From Rhynchobatus australiae (Eukaryota): 64,000 nt of DNA. Below, one piece after another: positions 40,067 through 52,312 of this stretch. Every line of letters begins with the position of its first letter. The first letter of the stretch is position 1. The position numbers were made by a program, and so were the translations under genes. The stretch spans positions 118,757,014 through 118,821,013 of the forward strand of contig JAUZTB010000064.1 in NCBI GenBank assembly GCA_034780895.1, given 5' to 3'. Under the pieces are notes generated by a model. That model was given only the letters and a program-made list of their open reading frames with translations. It was not told the origin of the DNA and did not search any database.

Positions 40067-42349
40067 GTAAACTCTAATGCAGTTAATATTACTGTTTACC
40101 TGGATAATCATGTTATTTTAATTCTGTTTTCCATTTATTAAAATATGTTTTTTGCGGATTCTATACAAATTGAACAATAAGAAGATGAGACCTCGATGGT
40201 ATCTGAGGCTATGGTTACTGCCATGGATCAGCTACATGATAGTTGAATTATACAATGGTAATATGCCAGAAAATGTCTGGCACCGCACCATCATTACTTG
40301 GCAAATGTATTATTTTTGAGATTGTTGCCCACTATTCAAGGATTGACATGAGAAATGGACATTACCTCAAAGTTTAAACTAAGTAATCACATAATTTGAT
40401 CAATTTAAGACAGCAGTTCCTTAATGATACTCCGATTAACGTCACTAAAAGGTAAACCTAGCCAACTGTTCTTTTCTATGACCTGCTGGATAGGATACAG
40501 ACTCAGGGCATCGANNNNNNNNNNNNNNNNNNNNNNNNNNNNNNNNNNNNNNNNNNNNNNNNNNNNNNNNNNNNNNNNNNNNNNNNNNNNNNNNNNNNNN
40601 NNNNNNNNNNNNNNATACAGACTCAGGGCATAGATAATGGGTAAAGGAAAATGATGATATGAGAGCTGACATGATTCACACTGCTTTATTTGTGATTTCC
40701 ATATTCAATAGCAAACCTTGGATTCGGACTTCTAGTTCAAGTAGCACCCTCTTGGGGCATGGCTGATAACCAGATTGAAAATTAAAACACTGAATATAGT
40801 TTATGTGAAAGTGAAGGCCTTTGCAACTGTAACTCATTCAAATCTCTGAAGAAGCCCTTTAGCAAACTCAGAGATGAAAGTTTTATTTCATCAAACTAAT
40901 TAAAAGAATACACTTGAATTCATTAAAATTGTTAAGGATGAGCCAAAGCTCTTTCCAATATGTTTGACACCATTTAAATTATGATATTTATTGCAAATAA
41001 TAGTTTTCAAATGTTTAGAAAGTTGAGCTCATTTGATGCAATCTATCTGTTGTTAAATTGCATTTTATCTTTAGTGTGGCATTGATACAAGTGATTTATT
41101 CCCTTAAAGCAAATTATAATTGAACCTTTACAGTGTATCATGTACATAAAAATTACATTACATGTTTAATAAAAATGTTGCAATTAAATTATTTCAATCT
41201 TATAATGACATTTTTCTAAAATTCCTTAGTCATTATCTATGGCATGGAGAGTAGATTAACTTTGTATTATCAGCTTGATTTTGCAATTGCTCATTCCTGG
41301 TGTGAAGCCTCAGCCGATGGGAGTACATATTGGAGAATATGTGATTTTCTTGTATGTGCTTCTGGCGGCTGAGGTTCTACACTGGGAGTAAACAANNNNN
41401 NNNNNNNNNNNNNNNNNNNNNNNNNNNNNNNNNNNNNNNNNNNNNNNGGGAAATGATTGGCCTGGAAGTTGGATTGTACAGCACCTCTCCTTCAATACTC
41501 GGGGTTCCCACTTGGTCATTTGTAAATCACAACTGCAGAACTGTCTGCTGCTTAGCAAACTGAATTGTACCATTCTCTTCATGCACAGTGCGTGCTGGAA
41601 ATATGCGGAGTAAACAGTTGGTAATGTTAATCCTCATGTGGAGCTAATTTGATGCCAAGCCTGACACATTGGCCCGGGTCTGTGTACCTGATGCACTGTG
41701 TACACCACGCACAGAAATCAGATCCAAACAGCAGGAGCCTGCCATCCACCTTTCAGCGAGCACTCAATTTAAATAGTTGGTAGGTTTGTTGAGGATTGAA
41801 TTGGAGGAGATCTTGTTGTCTTTATCTCGTGTGAAGAACTATATTGCAAGCATTGTTGGAAATTGTGGAAAACATTGAGATGGGGATCACATTTTTTCAC
41901 AGAAGCTTTGGTTGAGGTCCTGTTGAGTCTGCAGCATGATCAACAGCAGCAGAAGAGAGCCCGTAGGGAAGGCCTCTAATCCATGGAGTCTGGACAAGAA
42001 GGGCCCTGACCAGCTGGGCCTTTTCCCCCAGAGACTTCAGGGAGCAATGTTCCTGTGTTAACCCAACGGAGGAGCATTGTATCTGGAAACTAAAGTGTGA
42101 TAAGGAGGTGATGACAGAGATCAATCTTCTACTGCAGGTAGAGGGTCAGCCACTCTTTGTTTGTAGTGGTGGAGGTGGTCACAGTGGCCTTGAGCTTCTG
42201 AACCTCAGGATTATTTAGGTGGTGGCTGCTGATCTATGGATGTGGTTCACTTTGCAGCAAACCACTGCATTCGTGTCTACATGGAGAGTGTTACTCCTTG
42301 CCCCTAGGGGAAGCTAAGGATACCACAGCATTGAATAAGAGCTCAGTCA

Positions 42350-43065
42350 AAGAGGCAGTTCATGCCTGCATGCAACATTCAGTCTTGCTGATAAATAGCG
42401 AGTTACAGACATATCTCACAAGCGCCAGCTCTCCAACAACCACAGACAAACCCATTATGCTTGATATTCAACAGCATTAGCATTGCCCAGTATTTCACTG
42501 CCAACACCCTGGCTACAACATTAAACTTGAGCGGGCATTTTATTTCCAAGGATGCAAGAGCAAGAGGAAGAGTATTTCACAGCAAGAGACTCNNNNNNNN
42601 NNNTCCCAAGCCTTTCCAACATCCATTTGGCAATTCACAACAGGACTGTGAAAGGAGTTTTCCACTTGTCTGGATGATTGCAGCACCAGACACATTAAAG
42701 AAGCTTAATATCAATCACAATAAAGCAGCCCACATGACTGCCACCCCATCGACTATCCTGAACGTTCTTGCTACCCGCCACTGACACACTGTGGCTGCAG
42801 AATGTACCACTGTCAACTCACCAATACTTCCATGGCAGCAGCTGGAAAAGTGATGACTTGGACCTTCGAATCATATTCTGTTCTGACTTGGATATATATA
42901 TATTGCTCTTCACTTTATGACCACTGGGTCCCAGTTTTAGAGAACTGTGTTCCTTCAACAGAAAGGTTGCAGGGTTTCACAAAACCTTCTCAAAGGCAAC
43001 TATGAATGACCATTTAATGCTGGCTTGATTACAGTGCCTACATCCATTGAGTTAATGAATAAAAA
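42350..43065 (+). mobile_element. Old non-LTR retrotransposon (CR1/L2 group) 3' portion
   Basis: FPLVWMIAAPDTLKKLNINHNKAAHM resembles the post-RT region (PLAWxxAAPTTLKKLDxIQxKAARL); ends taatgctggcttg...catccattgagttaatgaataaaaa. Confidence 0.6.
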
Positions 43066-43639
43066 GTAACCAGAATTTGCACACCAGCACAGTTCCCATG
43101 TTACTTTCCCATTGTTGCTGATCATCTCATTGTCCAATATGAACACACTGTGAGTAAAAGAACTCACCAAATCAACATGCCAAACATCTTCATACATATT
43201 CAATTGGTACAAAAACTGGAAAATCATTTACCAAACATTCTGTGCAACCTCATGCCTGTCTTCAGTTGCTCTATTACATCTGCCCAGATCTCCTCTCCAC
43301 TGGCTACAGCCAAGCTGCTGAAAGGCTACTGGCCACCAAGGACAAGTCTTGGGCATGTCTGCCCTGGTTGTCTGGCTCCAGACTGCACCATCACACCATG
43401 AGTAGTTGCAAGCTGGAATAGCTTGCCAATGGACAAGTGCAAGTTTTGTGTCAAAATGCAAGTGATATGATCACTTCCAGAAAGAAGACAGGAAATTTGT
43501 ACTTCCCCATGCCATTTCCCCTCTTCCAGCTTTTAGATGATCCGTGTAATTTAGTGGAGGACATTGCTTGACAACCAAAGTCACTGGAATCCAGAGCCTT
43601 GATGGCAACAGTTTGAGCTGCATGGCAGTGAGCTAATGG

Positions 43640-44237
43640 AGTCACGCAGAACAGAAACAGCCCCTTCGGCCCACCATATCTACGTTGACCACCAAACACC
43701 AATCTACACTAATCCCATTTACTCGCACTTGGTCCATACCTTTCTATGCCATGGTAATTCAAGTCCTTGTCTCGATACTTCTTAAATGTGGAAGTACCTG
43801 CATCTACCACTCCCTCAGGCAATTGTTTCATATTCCAGCTTCCCTCCGGATAAAAAGATTCCTCCTCAAATCTGTCTAAACCTCTTCCCTTTATCCTAAA
43901 CCAATGCCTTCTACTGTTATACACCTCTGCTATGGGGGAAAGTTCCCTATTATTGACTATGTCGATACCCCACATCTTTTCTCTGCTGTGGGGGAAAGTT
44001 CCCTATTTTTGACCACATATATACCCTTCATAATTTCTCTGCTGTGGGAAAAAAGTTCCCTATAATCGACCATATCTATACCCCTCATAATTTTTAAACC
44101 TTCATTGGGTTCTCCCTTCACCCTTCTCTTCTTTAAGGAAAACAAACCCATCGTTATCATTCTTTTCAGAACTGAAGCAGTCTATCCCAGTAACATCTTA
44201 GTGAACTTCCTATGCACCCTGTCCAGTGCAATCACAC
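43640..44237 (-). mobile_element. CR1-clade LINE 3' part with internal 56-bp triplication
   Basis: Minus strand LFSLKKRRVKG..LKIMRGIDMVD and WNxxxLPEGVVDAG; tail gggccgaaggggctgtttctgt. Repeat units start at 43925, 43981 and 44037. Confidence 0.88.
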
Positions 44238-45289
44238 CCTTCCAGAGCTTCCACTGCATCAGTCAATGCAAGTGGCCTGCATTGCACTGTGTTTTGCAGG
44301 TGGTGAGTTCTGTTAGCACTGCAAGGGGAACAGAGACCTCAGCCATTAAGTGCAGCACATCACAGTTGTGTGTGAATTTGTAAATTCCGTTCATGTGGGG
44401 TGGCTGTTGCACACCAGCTGTCAAATGGCTTTGATAGAGGACAATCTTAGTCCAGTGACGAGGCGATTGGAGACAAGACTGTGCTGCACAGCTTTAGCAC
44501 ACACACTCAAAACAACATAAACTCCAAGCACTCTGATGCACAGATGGATACAATCACATGATCTTGCCCACAGTTGTTTTCTCTGCCTATTACTTTCTTT
44601 GCATAGTCCCTGCCCCCTGATTCTCTTGATCTTTCAAGACCATCTCACTCAATCTTCCTACCTCTTCCCCCTTTCTCTAACTGCTTCAGTCAACTTTCCC
44701 TCTCCCTCAGTGCTCCTCCCTCTCAACTCTCTACTTACCTCCATCTCTCTTGGCCCTTCACTCTTCCTTTGCTTTCAGCTGTCACTCTGCCTCCCATTCT
44801 GACCTCCAGCTAGTCTTCAGCTGGAGCAACAAAGCCACTGACCGCTGGGAGCAACAGAGCCACGTACGGCTGCCCCACGCTCTCTTCAGGGCCTCTTCAT
44901 GATTACTGCTCACTCTCCCAGCAGATGTGCCACTCGAAGCCTGTGGCCTAGCCCAGAATCTGGACCACTCCCAGAAAACTTCAGCCTCACTCCCAGTGCT
45001 GACTAGTGATGCCAGTACCAATAAAAAGACCAATATGTCTCCCTGCTCCACTTTAAAGGCAAGTGACCTGCGTTGCACAGTGTATCACAGATAGGGCATA
45101 GCAATGCATTATGCACCAGCTATAGCACAGTAATAACACTCCCATCTCCCTACCACTGCACCCCTTCAGGAAACCTGAGCACTAAATCTAGTTGACAGTC
45201 TAGTTCATAGGTGTGGATATGCTGCACAGTTGGCAGTGCAGTTTTTTGGATGATTCTTCAAACCAAGCCATTTCAGTCCCGGATAATGG

Positions 45290-45720
45290 GAAGGCAATTT
45301 ACATTTCTATAATGCTTTACATAATCCCAGAACATCTCAATATACTTTATAGCCAAGGGGGTACTTTATGAAATGTAGCTACTGTTCTAATGGTGCACGA
45401 CGTGCTTCAACAAGTAGTGATCAGACATTCTTTTTACTGATGTTGACTGAGGAGTAAATATTGGCCAGGACTTCACAGGGAAACTCCAACCTCCCTGCTC
45501 CTCTTTAAAATATTGTTGTAGAATCTTGAATGTCAGCCTCAGCCAACAGATGGGACCAGGCTTTAGCACAGCGTTTAAAGGACACCATCTCTACCAATGC
45601 AGCATTCTCTCTGCATTAACCAGAGCCATTAGCCCCACTGCTTGTGGTCAGGTCACTGCAATGAGGCTTGATCCCTCAATTTTCAACTGCCAGGTGAGAG
45701 TGCTGTCAATTGAGTCAAGG
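45290..45720 (-). mobile_element. Deu-domain SINE, near full length
   Basis: tgatgttgactgaggagtaaatattggccaggac...ccctgctcctcttt...; tRNA-like head on the minus strand near 45660-45720. Confidence 0.75.
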
Positions 45721-45739
45721 GGAATGTAAAAGATTCCAT

Positions 45740-45974
45740 ATAACGCACAAGGGGGCTGGAGGAACTCAGTGGGTGAGGCAACATCTATTGGAGGGAAATG
45801 GACAGTCAGCATTTCAGCTTGACATCCTTCCCCTGTCCTGATGAAGGATCTCAGCCTGAAACTTTGACTGTCCATTTCCCTCCACAGATACTGCCTGACC
45901 TGCTGAGTTCTTCCAGTTCCTTTGTGTGTTGCTCCAGATTTCCAGCATCTGCAGTCTCTTGTAGACACAGACTC
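45740..45974. mobile_element. Palindromic Penelope pLTR mini-element with hammerhead core, flanked by 11-bp TSD
   Basis: Inverted arms 45745-45830 and 45843-45928 (perfect 19-bp ggagggaaatggacagtca/tgactgtccatttccctcc); CTGATGA-AGG-atctcag-CCT-GAAA at 45838-45861; direct repeat AAAGATTCCAT at 45729-45739 and 45975-45985. Confidence 0.88.
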
Positions 45975-46180
45975 AAAGATTCCATGTAGCATATTTCTGA
46001 GAAGGACAGGAGATTCCCGGCCAATATTTTTCCTTCAGCCAACACTATCGAGGACAGGTTATCTAGTCGTTATCTCAGTGATGTTTGTAGAAGCTCACTG
46101 TGTACCAATTATCCACCATGTTTCTCCCATCAAACCAATAGCTTCACTTCAAAAGTACTTCACTGACTGTGAAGGATTAT
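45975..46180 (+). mobile_element. Deu-domain SINE 3' half (its start at 45724-45739 is split off by the pLTR insertion)
   Basis: atgtaaaagattccat | aaagattccatg...cccggccaatatttttccttcagccaacac...cacttcaaaagtacttcactgactgtgaag rejoins to the Deu core. Confidence 0.75.
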
Positions 46181-48082
46181 TTTTCAACAAATGTTATATG
46201 CTCCTTTAATCTGTAGTCATTTCTTGCACAAACTCAACCAAAAACTTTATTTATTTTTTTTACTGTGGCCAGGCACCAAATGGGATGTTTACTGTGTGCT
46301 GCTTCCAGTAATCTTTCATGGCACTTGGTCTGGCTGTCAAGCACCACACACCAATGATCCAGTCTGACAAGGTGTTCTGATAATATGAGGAGAGTTTCTC
46401 TGTGGGTTAAAATGTTGGTAATGTTCCACTTTATTTCTTCTGTGCCATCACCATAGTTCATTATTGAACGTGGAAATGAATTTCCTTATCTTTTTGAGCT
46501 AATCCACACTAATTTACAGGATAAAAATCTATCTATATGTTAATGATGTGGTATGTCAGTTTGTATGCATTTAGATTACACATTTTAAGCATGCCGTGAA
46601 CTGATTGGTTAGGAACTATGGTAGCATTCTTAGTAATTATATAGCTCAGGGTCTGTACTAGGTTTTATGATATCAAAGGAGAGGCAATTGTAAGACTTAC
46701 CTTTTGCTTTAACAAACAGTCCATGGCCATTTCATATCCATAAACTGGATAAAAGACACCGGCCTAGAAGTTGTAGTGCTCTGGTATGGGTATGTTAAGT
46801 GGTTGGTGTGAGGTGTGCCAGTGACCATTTCACTCAAGCCTCCAGCAGCAGCACTTGGGCCAAAGCCTCAGTGGCTACCGGATCTGAATTAAACTTTGTC
46901 CTTCACATTCTGCAGAGAACACGAAGAATAGGTGCCATCCCGGAGCAAGGTTGGGTTCGAAGGGTGAGTGGGGAGAAAGAGAGGTCCAGATGGGACTCAC
47001 GTGGGTTGGGTCGACAGAGATGGGTTCTGGAGGGAGGCTGGTCTGCAGGCAGAGGATCACAGCCAGGAGGATGGTTCCAATGGTTAGCATGGGGGGGGGG
47101 GGCTTGAAGTGAGAGTCAGAAGATCAGGGAAAGGGTGTGGTGTTGTGGGTTAGGTTGGCAATCAGGATATGGATCAACTGGAAGTGTTGTTTTTGTGTGT
47201 ACAAGAGTTAGAATGTTTTTGGATGTTTCAGAATAATTCACAACCGGTTTTAAAAAGGTGTTAGAGTTGGTAGCTCTGGCTACATTTGGCAGTGTAACTC
47301 TTTTTTTCTCTCATTTTACGGGCAGGACTGGTTTAGTCCAAGTGTTAGATGCCCCTCATGCCCTTCTGTTGTGCGGGACCTCGCCATGAGAATGCTCCCT
47401 GTGATCAACGCAAGATCTCATAAGGAGGATTGCTTGAAGTATGTTTATACTTACTTCTCAATGTCAGTGGCCACCAAACAGTGCTGACCACTGACCACAG
47501 GATCTGTCCGTTTATCTGAAGGCAGGCCTGAGAGAGGAGTGCAGGACTCCGGTTCGAACTTGATCCTCCCAATCATGACTGTAATATTCAGGCATTATGT
47601 CACGCCTGTTCAGAATCTTATTCAATCTCATTCATGAAAAGTAGCAGGGTCAATACTAAAGGTTTGAGCACCTGCAACATTTTCTGCTCCACCAGGATAT
47701 TGAAGACTCTCTTGCCCAGAGACTGGATTGTGTTGTGCTGTTTATCTCAGCCCTACATGATCCAGAATCCAAACTAAATCATGTTGGCAATCATTTCTTG
47801 GTGAAATCATGCCAATCGTGAAATTGGACGGGGTACACTTGGTGGTGTTCCATGTCAATAGACCTGAGGTTACCCCATTGTCAAACAAGCACCCGCTGAC
47901 ATCAGCCATGGTCTTATTACATGGTCAAGTAGGCACAATTGGGCAGAATGGCCATTTTGCTTCTGTTTCTTAGGTTCTATTTCTTGTGTGTTGTTGCTAC
48001 TATGTTCATTTCTTGTGACTTAAATTGGAGCCCAAAGCTCTAAGGAAAACAACAGTGTCAGGAGAGCAAAGAGCACTGTGTA

Positions 48083-48303
48083 TTGGGAGTCCCTGACTTA
48101 CGAACACCCGACTTACAAATGCCTGTACTTACGAACGGACCTTTGTGGTTCTCCGGGCCAAGTGCGCATTTGCGGCTGGGGCCCTGTGCGGCCTCGATCC
48201 CTGTGACTAGTGCACATGCTCACCCACTGTTCCGAGTTGCATACAAAATCGGGTTACGAACAGTCTCAGAAACAGAACTCGTTCGTAACCCGGGGACTTC
48301 CTG
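48083..48303. mobile_element. Tc1/mariner (Tigger/pogo-like) MITE
   Basis: Imperfect ~23-bp TIRs tgggagtccctgacttacgaac / gttcgtaacccggggacttcctg, TA at the left flank, internal cttacgaac repeats, CpG-rich, non-coding. Confidence 0.75.
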
Positions 48304-48459
48304 ATTTACATTCTTCCTTCCCTCGTAATTCAAAGGGTCGCTCAGACTAGGAAGCTTGAGAACTGACTGTTTGCTGCTCAGACACCACCCACATTCCTTG
48401 GACTGTGCCAGATCTAACATTGAGTGGCTTTCGCACCATCTGCTCGTCACTTGGGTAAT

Positions 48460-48585
48460 TAAAAGAAGATTGCTGGAGACACTCAGCAGGTCAGGCAGCA
48501 TCTGTGGTGAGAGAAACAGAGTTAACATCTCAGGTCGGTGGCCTTTTGTCAGAACTGGAAAAGACAGAAAAGAAATGTGTTTTAA
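48460..48585 (-). mobile_element. Penelope pLTR with decayed hammerhead
   Basis: Minus strand: cagtt-CTGACAA-aagg-ccaccga-cct-GAGA-tgtt-aactctgtttctc...cacagatgctgcctgacctgctgagtgtctccagc. Confidence 0.75.
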
Positions 48586-48841
48586 TTTAGAAGGGGCGAG
48601 GTGGAGAGAACAGAGGAACTCTGCTCCCTCTTCACTAAATGGGTGCTTCAATGGTGACTGGCTCTGGCAAAGGTGTAGCAGCCCACTTAATGTGGGATGG
48701 GCAACTTGGGGCAGAATGCAAAGGAGCTTTCCATCTGTGAAGAGCCTATTCTCAGAAATTATTCAGAAACACTAGATCCTACCTCCACCACTCCGGAAAT
48801 TCAACTGGACATTTCATGTTGTGAACTATTATTGCATCCTG

Positions 48842-49013
48842 GTGTGCCGTGTCTGCGTGGGTTTCCTCCAGGTGCTCCGGTTTCTTCCCACATTCTAAAG
48901 ATGTACGGATAAGTTAACTTGGGGTTTAAAATGGGCGGCGCGGACTTCTTGGGCTGGAAGGGCCTGTTACCATGCTGTAAATAAAATTTAAATTTTAAAT
49001 TTAAATTTAAAAT
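48842..49013 (+). mobile_element. 5'-truncated V-SINE with CR1-type end and (TTTAAA)n tail
   Basis: ccgtgtctgcgtgggtttcctccaggtgctccggtttcttcccaca...gggctggaagggcctgttaccatgctgtaaataaaatttaaattttaaa. Confidence 0.85.
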
Positions 49014-49502
49014 TTCTGTGTTGTTCACTGAACAGCCTTCCATTTGGATCATTGCAGGAATATGACTAAGTATTCCTGGTAGCACCCATAGTTAGGACTT
49101 CCCTGGACAATATGGTCTTCCCATTGCATTGCTTCTGACAAGTTCGGATCCCAAAACTGCAGCACCCTCCCCGTCCCCATCAAATGATCACTCACCAATC
49201 TCCCTCCTAACTCTCTAATGCGATGATTGACCGAGTCCCTGTCCCCAATCAGCTGTTCCTTGACCTTTTTATCCTCATCATTGAACTGCCTGAAATCCAG
49301 TCTCTCACAGGAATTTGAACATCACCTTCTCAGTTATTGAGGTGCTCCAGAATTTCAAGGCACCAGTGCCATAAATGCAAATATATCATGATCGGAGTGG
49401 TAAAGTTACACTTAGAATTATTCAGGCTTTAAAAGTAAATTTTATAAAATCAGTTCCATATTTTAAGGGCTACTGTGTGAAGTTGTACTTGGTATTTGAA
49501 AA

Positions 49503-49600
49503 TCAAAAAACGCTGTAGATGCTGGAAATGTAAAATAAAAACAGAAAATGCTGGAAATACTCAGGCTGCATCTGTGAAAAGAAAGTTAATATTTCTGGGT
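49503..49600 (-). mobile_element. Penelope pLTR fragment
   Basis: ctgtagatgctggaaatgtaaaataaaaacagaaaatgctggaaatactcaggctgcatctgtg, the reverse complement of the 12660-12735 type. Confidence 0.7.
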
Positions 49601-50258
49601 TAAGTATTTAAGTAGTTAATTAAAATATAACTTTAAGGGCTTCGTATTCCCATGTTAAGAGAGTCAGCATTTGCATTGGTAATAGAGATTTTTTGCTGTT
49701 GTTTAATGTGTGACCCCTAATATGATGTTTCATGTTGAGCTCATTCTCTAATGTTTTCCCCACCCAATACTTTTCCCCAACCTCTAATAGATTTTGCGGT
49801 TGTCCTGTTTCAAGTTCCCCAATAGACTGTTGTCGGTCATGGAACAGATTTAAGTATAACAGTGAGGAAGTTTCAACTTCTGCTACTTGTCAACTTTTGA
49901 CTTTTGGCAGCACATAGGTTTATGACTTTGTGGCATTTGTCTTTCTTCCAATGTACTGATGTTTTAAGTTCAAAAGGAAACTTTCCAATCCTTTCATCAT
50001 TCGCTAGGCCACACAACAGGTGAGTCCCTCGGCTAGCTGGTAAAATGTTCATGAGCACTCGATGAGGCCAACCTCCCCTTTGGGAACTCTCACACCATTT
50101 ATTTGAGACAGATATCTATGCTGTGATCATAGATGTTTACAACTAGCTTCCTTCTTTTTCATTTGTGGTGTGGCAGGTCAGTGTGCCCTAGGCCTGACCC
50201 CATCATTTGCATAATGTAGATAGATGCTATTATCAGTTATGTGGCTCTTTGAGCAACA

Positions 50259-50266
50259 GCACGCGC

Positions 50267-50320
<54 letters not shown>

Positions 50321-50325
50321 ACACA
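50259..50325 (+). repeat. (CA)n microsatellite
   Basis: Long perfect CA run with CG interruptions at the edges. Confidence 0.97.
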
Positions 50326-51080
50326 GTCCACCATAGATGGGGCTACTAAGTTCTGGGTCCCTTGCAGCCCAGATGAGGCATGAAGCTGGAATTGTTGCTA
50401 CCTCTTGCATTCACCCTGACCACCAGACAAGATTTCTGGTGGTGGTGTTTTATTGTGATCCTCCCAGCATATTTTCCCGTAGTGAAGGAGAAAGTTCTAG
50501 GTTCCGGCTCCACTGCCTCACCATGGAACACCCACAATCAGGAATTTTCAATGAGGTATTTTTCACTGATTTCAACAAACACGTTACTCAGATTATTACC
50601 GCACAAAAAACCAGCAAACCAGAAAAAAATTCTAGTCAATCATAATCCTGCCAAACAAACTCTAAAATGATGGTTCTTCACTAACTGCTATAAGTCATAA
50701 AAGTAAAGGTAATCACGTAAGAGGCACAAACATTCCAGAAGTCGGCCACAGTAACTCTCATTCCTTTTCCACAAGCAGAATGAAACTTTTCCAGCCTTTC
50801 ACTGCCCTGGATTCTGGGGGCTTTATCCCTGGCCAAATATACTGACAGATCTACATCCACAACCAGCAAAGAACCACTCAGCACTTTGATTAACTTTGCC
50901 TATATCACCAAAGCAGCTTATGAAAAAATAGCAAATGAAGAGGGGTGGGTACTGTTTTCCACCCATTTGGTCTTCTTGGGATCTGGGGAGTGGAGTCATG
51001 GGAGCAAATGCACAGACCAGTAGTTGCCAGTAAGAGCATCTACACAGGGGGAACATAAGGGGAGACATGATAGAGGTATA

Positions 51081-51640
51081 CAAAATACAAGAAGGCATGG
51101 CTTTAAAGTAATGGGTGGGAAGTTCAGGGAGGATGTCAGACGGAGGTTTCTCACCCAGAGAGTGGTTGGTGCATGGATTGCACTGCCTGGGGTGGTGGTG
51201 GAGGCAGATACATTAGGTTCAAGAGATTGTTGGATAGGCATATGGAGGAATGTGGGATAGAGGGATATGTGGGAGGAAAGGGTTAGATAGTNNNNNNNNN
51301 NNNNNNNNNNNNNNNNNNNNNNNNNNNNNNNNNNNNNNNNNNNNNNNNNNNNNNNNNNNNNNNNNNNNNNNNNNNNNNNNNNNNNNNNNNNAGTTCAGGG
51401 GAGATGTCAGAGGGAGGTTTTTCACCCAGAGAGTGGTAGGTGCATGGAATGCGCTGCCTGGGGTGGTGTTGGAGGCTGATATGTTGGACAACTTCAAGAG
51501 ATTGTTAGATAAGCACATGGAGGAATTTAAGATGGAGGGATATGTGGGAGGAAAGGGTTAGATAGTCTTAGGTATGGTTTGAAGGCCAGCACAACATGGT
51601 GGGCCGAAGGGCCTGTATTGTGCTGTATTGTTCTATGGTT
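51081..51640 (+). mobile_element. CR1 3' end, present twice across a 100-N gap
   Basis: RRHGFKVMGGKFREDVRRRFLTQRVVGAW and FRGDVRGRFFTQRVVGAWNALPGVV; tail gggccgaagggcctgtattgtgctgtattgttctatg. Confidence 0.9.
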
Positions 51641-51644
51641 GTAT

Positions 51645-51830
51645 AAGCAGGAGAAGGCCACTCAGCCCTTCAAACCTGCCCTGCTATTCAACACAATCAT
51701 GGCTGATCTACCCCAGCTTTGAACTCCTCCTCTTTGCCAGTTCCCCATTGCACTCAATTCCTGATAGTTTAGAAACTTATCTACCGCCTCTTCAAATACC
51801 TCCACTGTTCTAGTCTCCACAACCCTCCAG
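51645..51830 (-). mobile_element. CR1 3' end, tail-to-tail with the preceding copy
   Basis: agcaggagaaggccactcagccct...caatcatggctgatct...aaacttatctaccgcctcttcaaatac. Confidence 0.75.
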
Positions 51831-52157
51831 GACCAACGTAGGTCAGAGCAGCACCCTGTCAATTTTAGGATTGGTAAACATTTTTCACTGGTGTTCTCTC
51901 AAGCATCCAGAGGATGAGATAAGGAAATCCTGGGGGAAACAGGCAAATGATCTGAAAGCAACAGCAGAAATTGGTCCCCTGGATATTTATCCTGGTTGTT
52001 TGGGGGCAAATGGATGCAAGACCCTGTCCCAAAAGTTTGTACCATGCACTCCACTTTATGGCGCCATTCACGGAAGCACTGGAGAGTTCTTTGAGCAGTA
52101 TTCTTCACTCAGATAACAGCCATGAAAAGTACTTAAACTGCGCATTCATCAGATTTC

Positions 52158-52312
52158 CTGTTTGTGGGAATCTGCTATGTGAAAAAAGTTCCTACCCCCT
52201 GGCTAACACAGTAACAGTTGTTGCTTTTCAGTGTATTTCATTGTCTATGGAGCGCTTTGGAACTTTTTAGAAAGATGTGATAAGGGTTTATATAAATGCA
52301 AGTCTCTTGTTT
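52158..52312 (+). mobile_element. Deu-domain SINE tail
   Basis: tgtttgtgggaatctgctatgtg...gagcgctttgg...tatataaatgcaagtctcttg. Confidence 0.65.
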
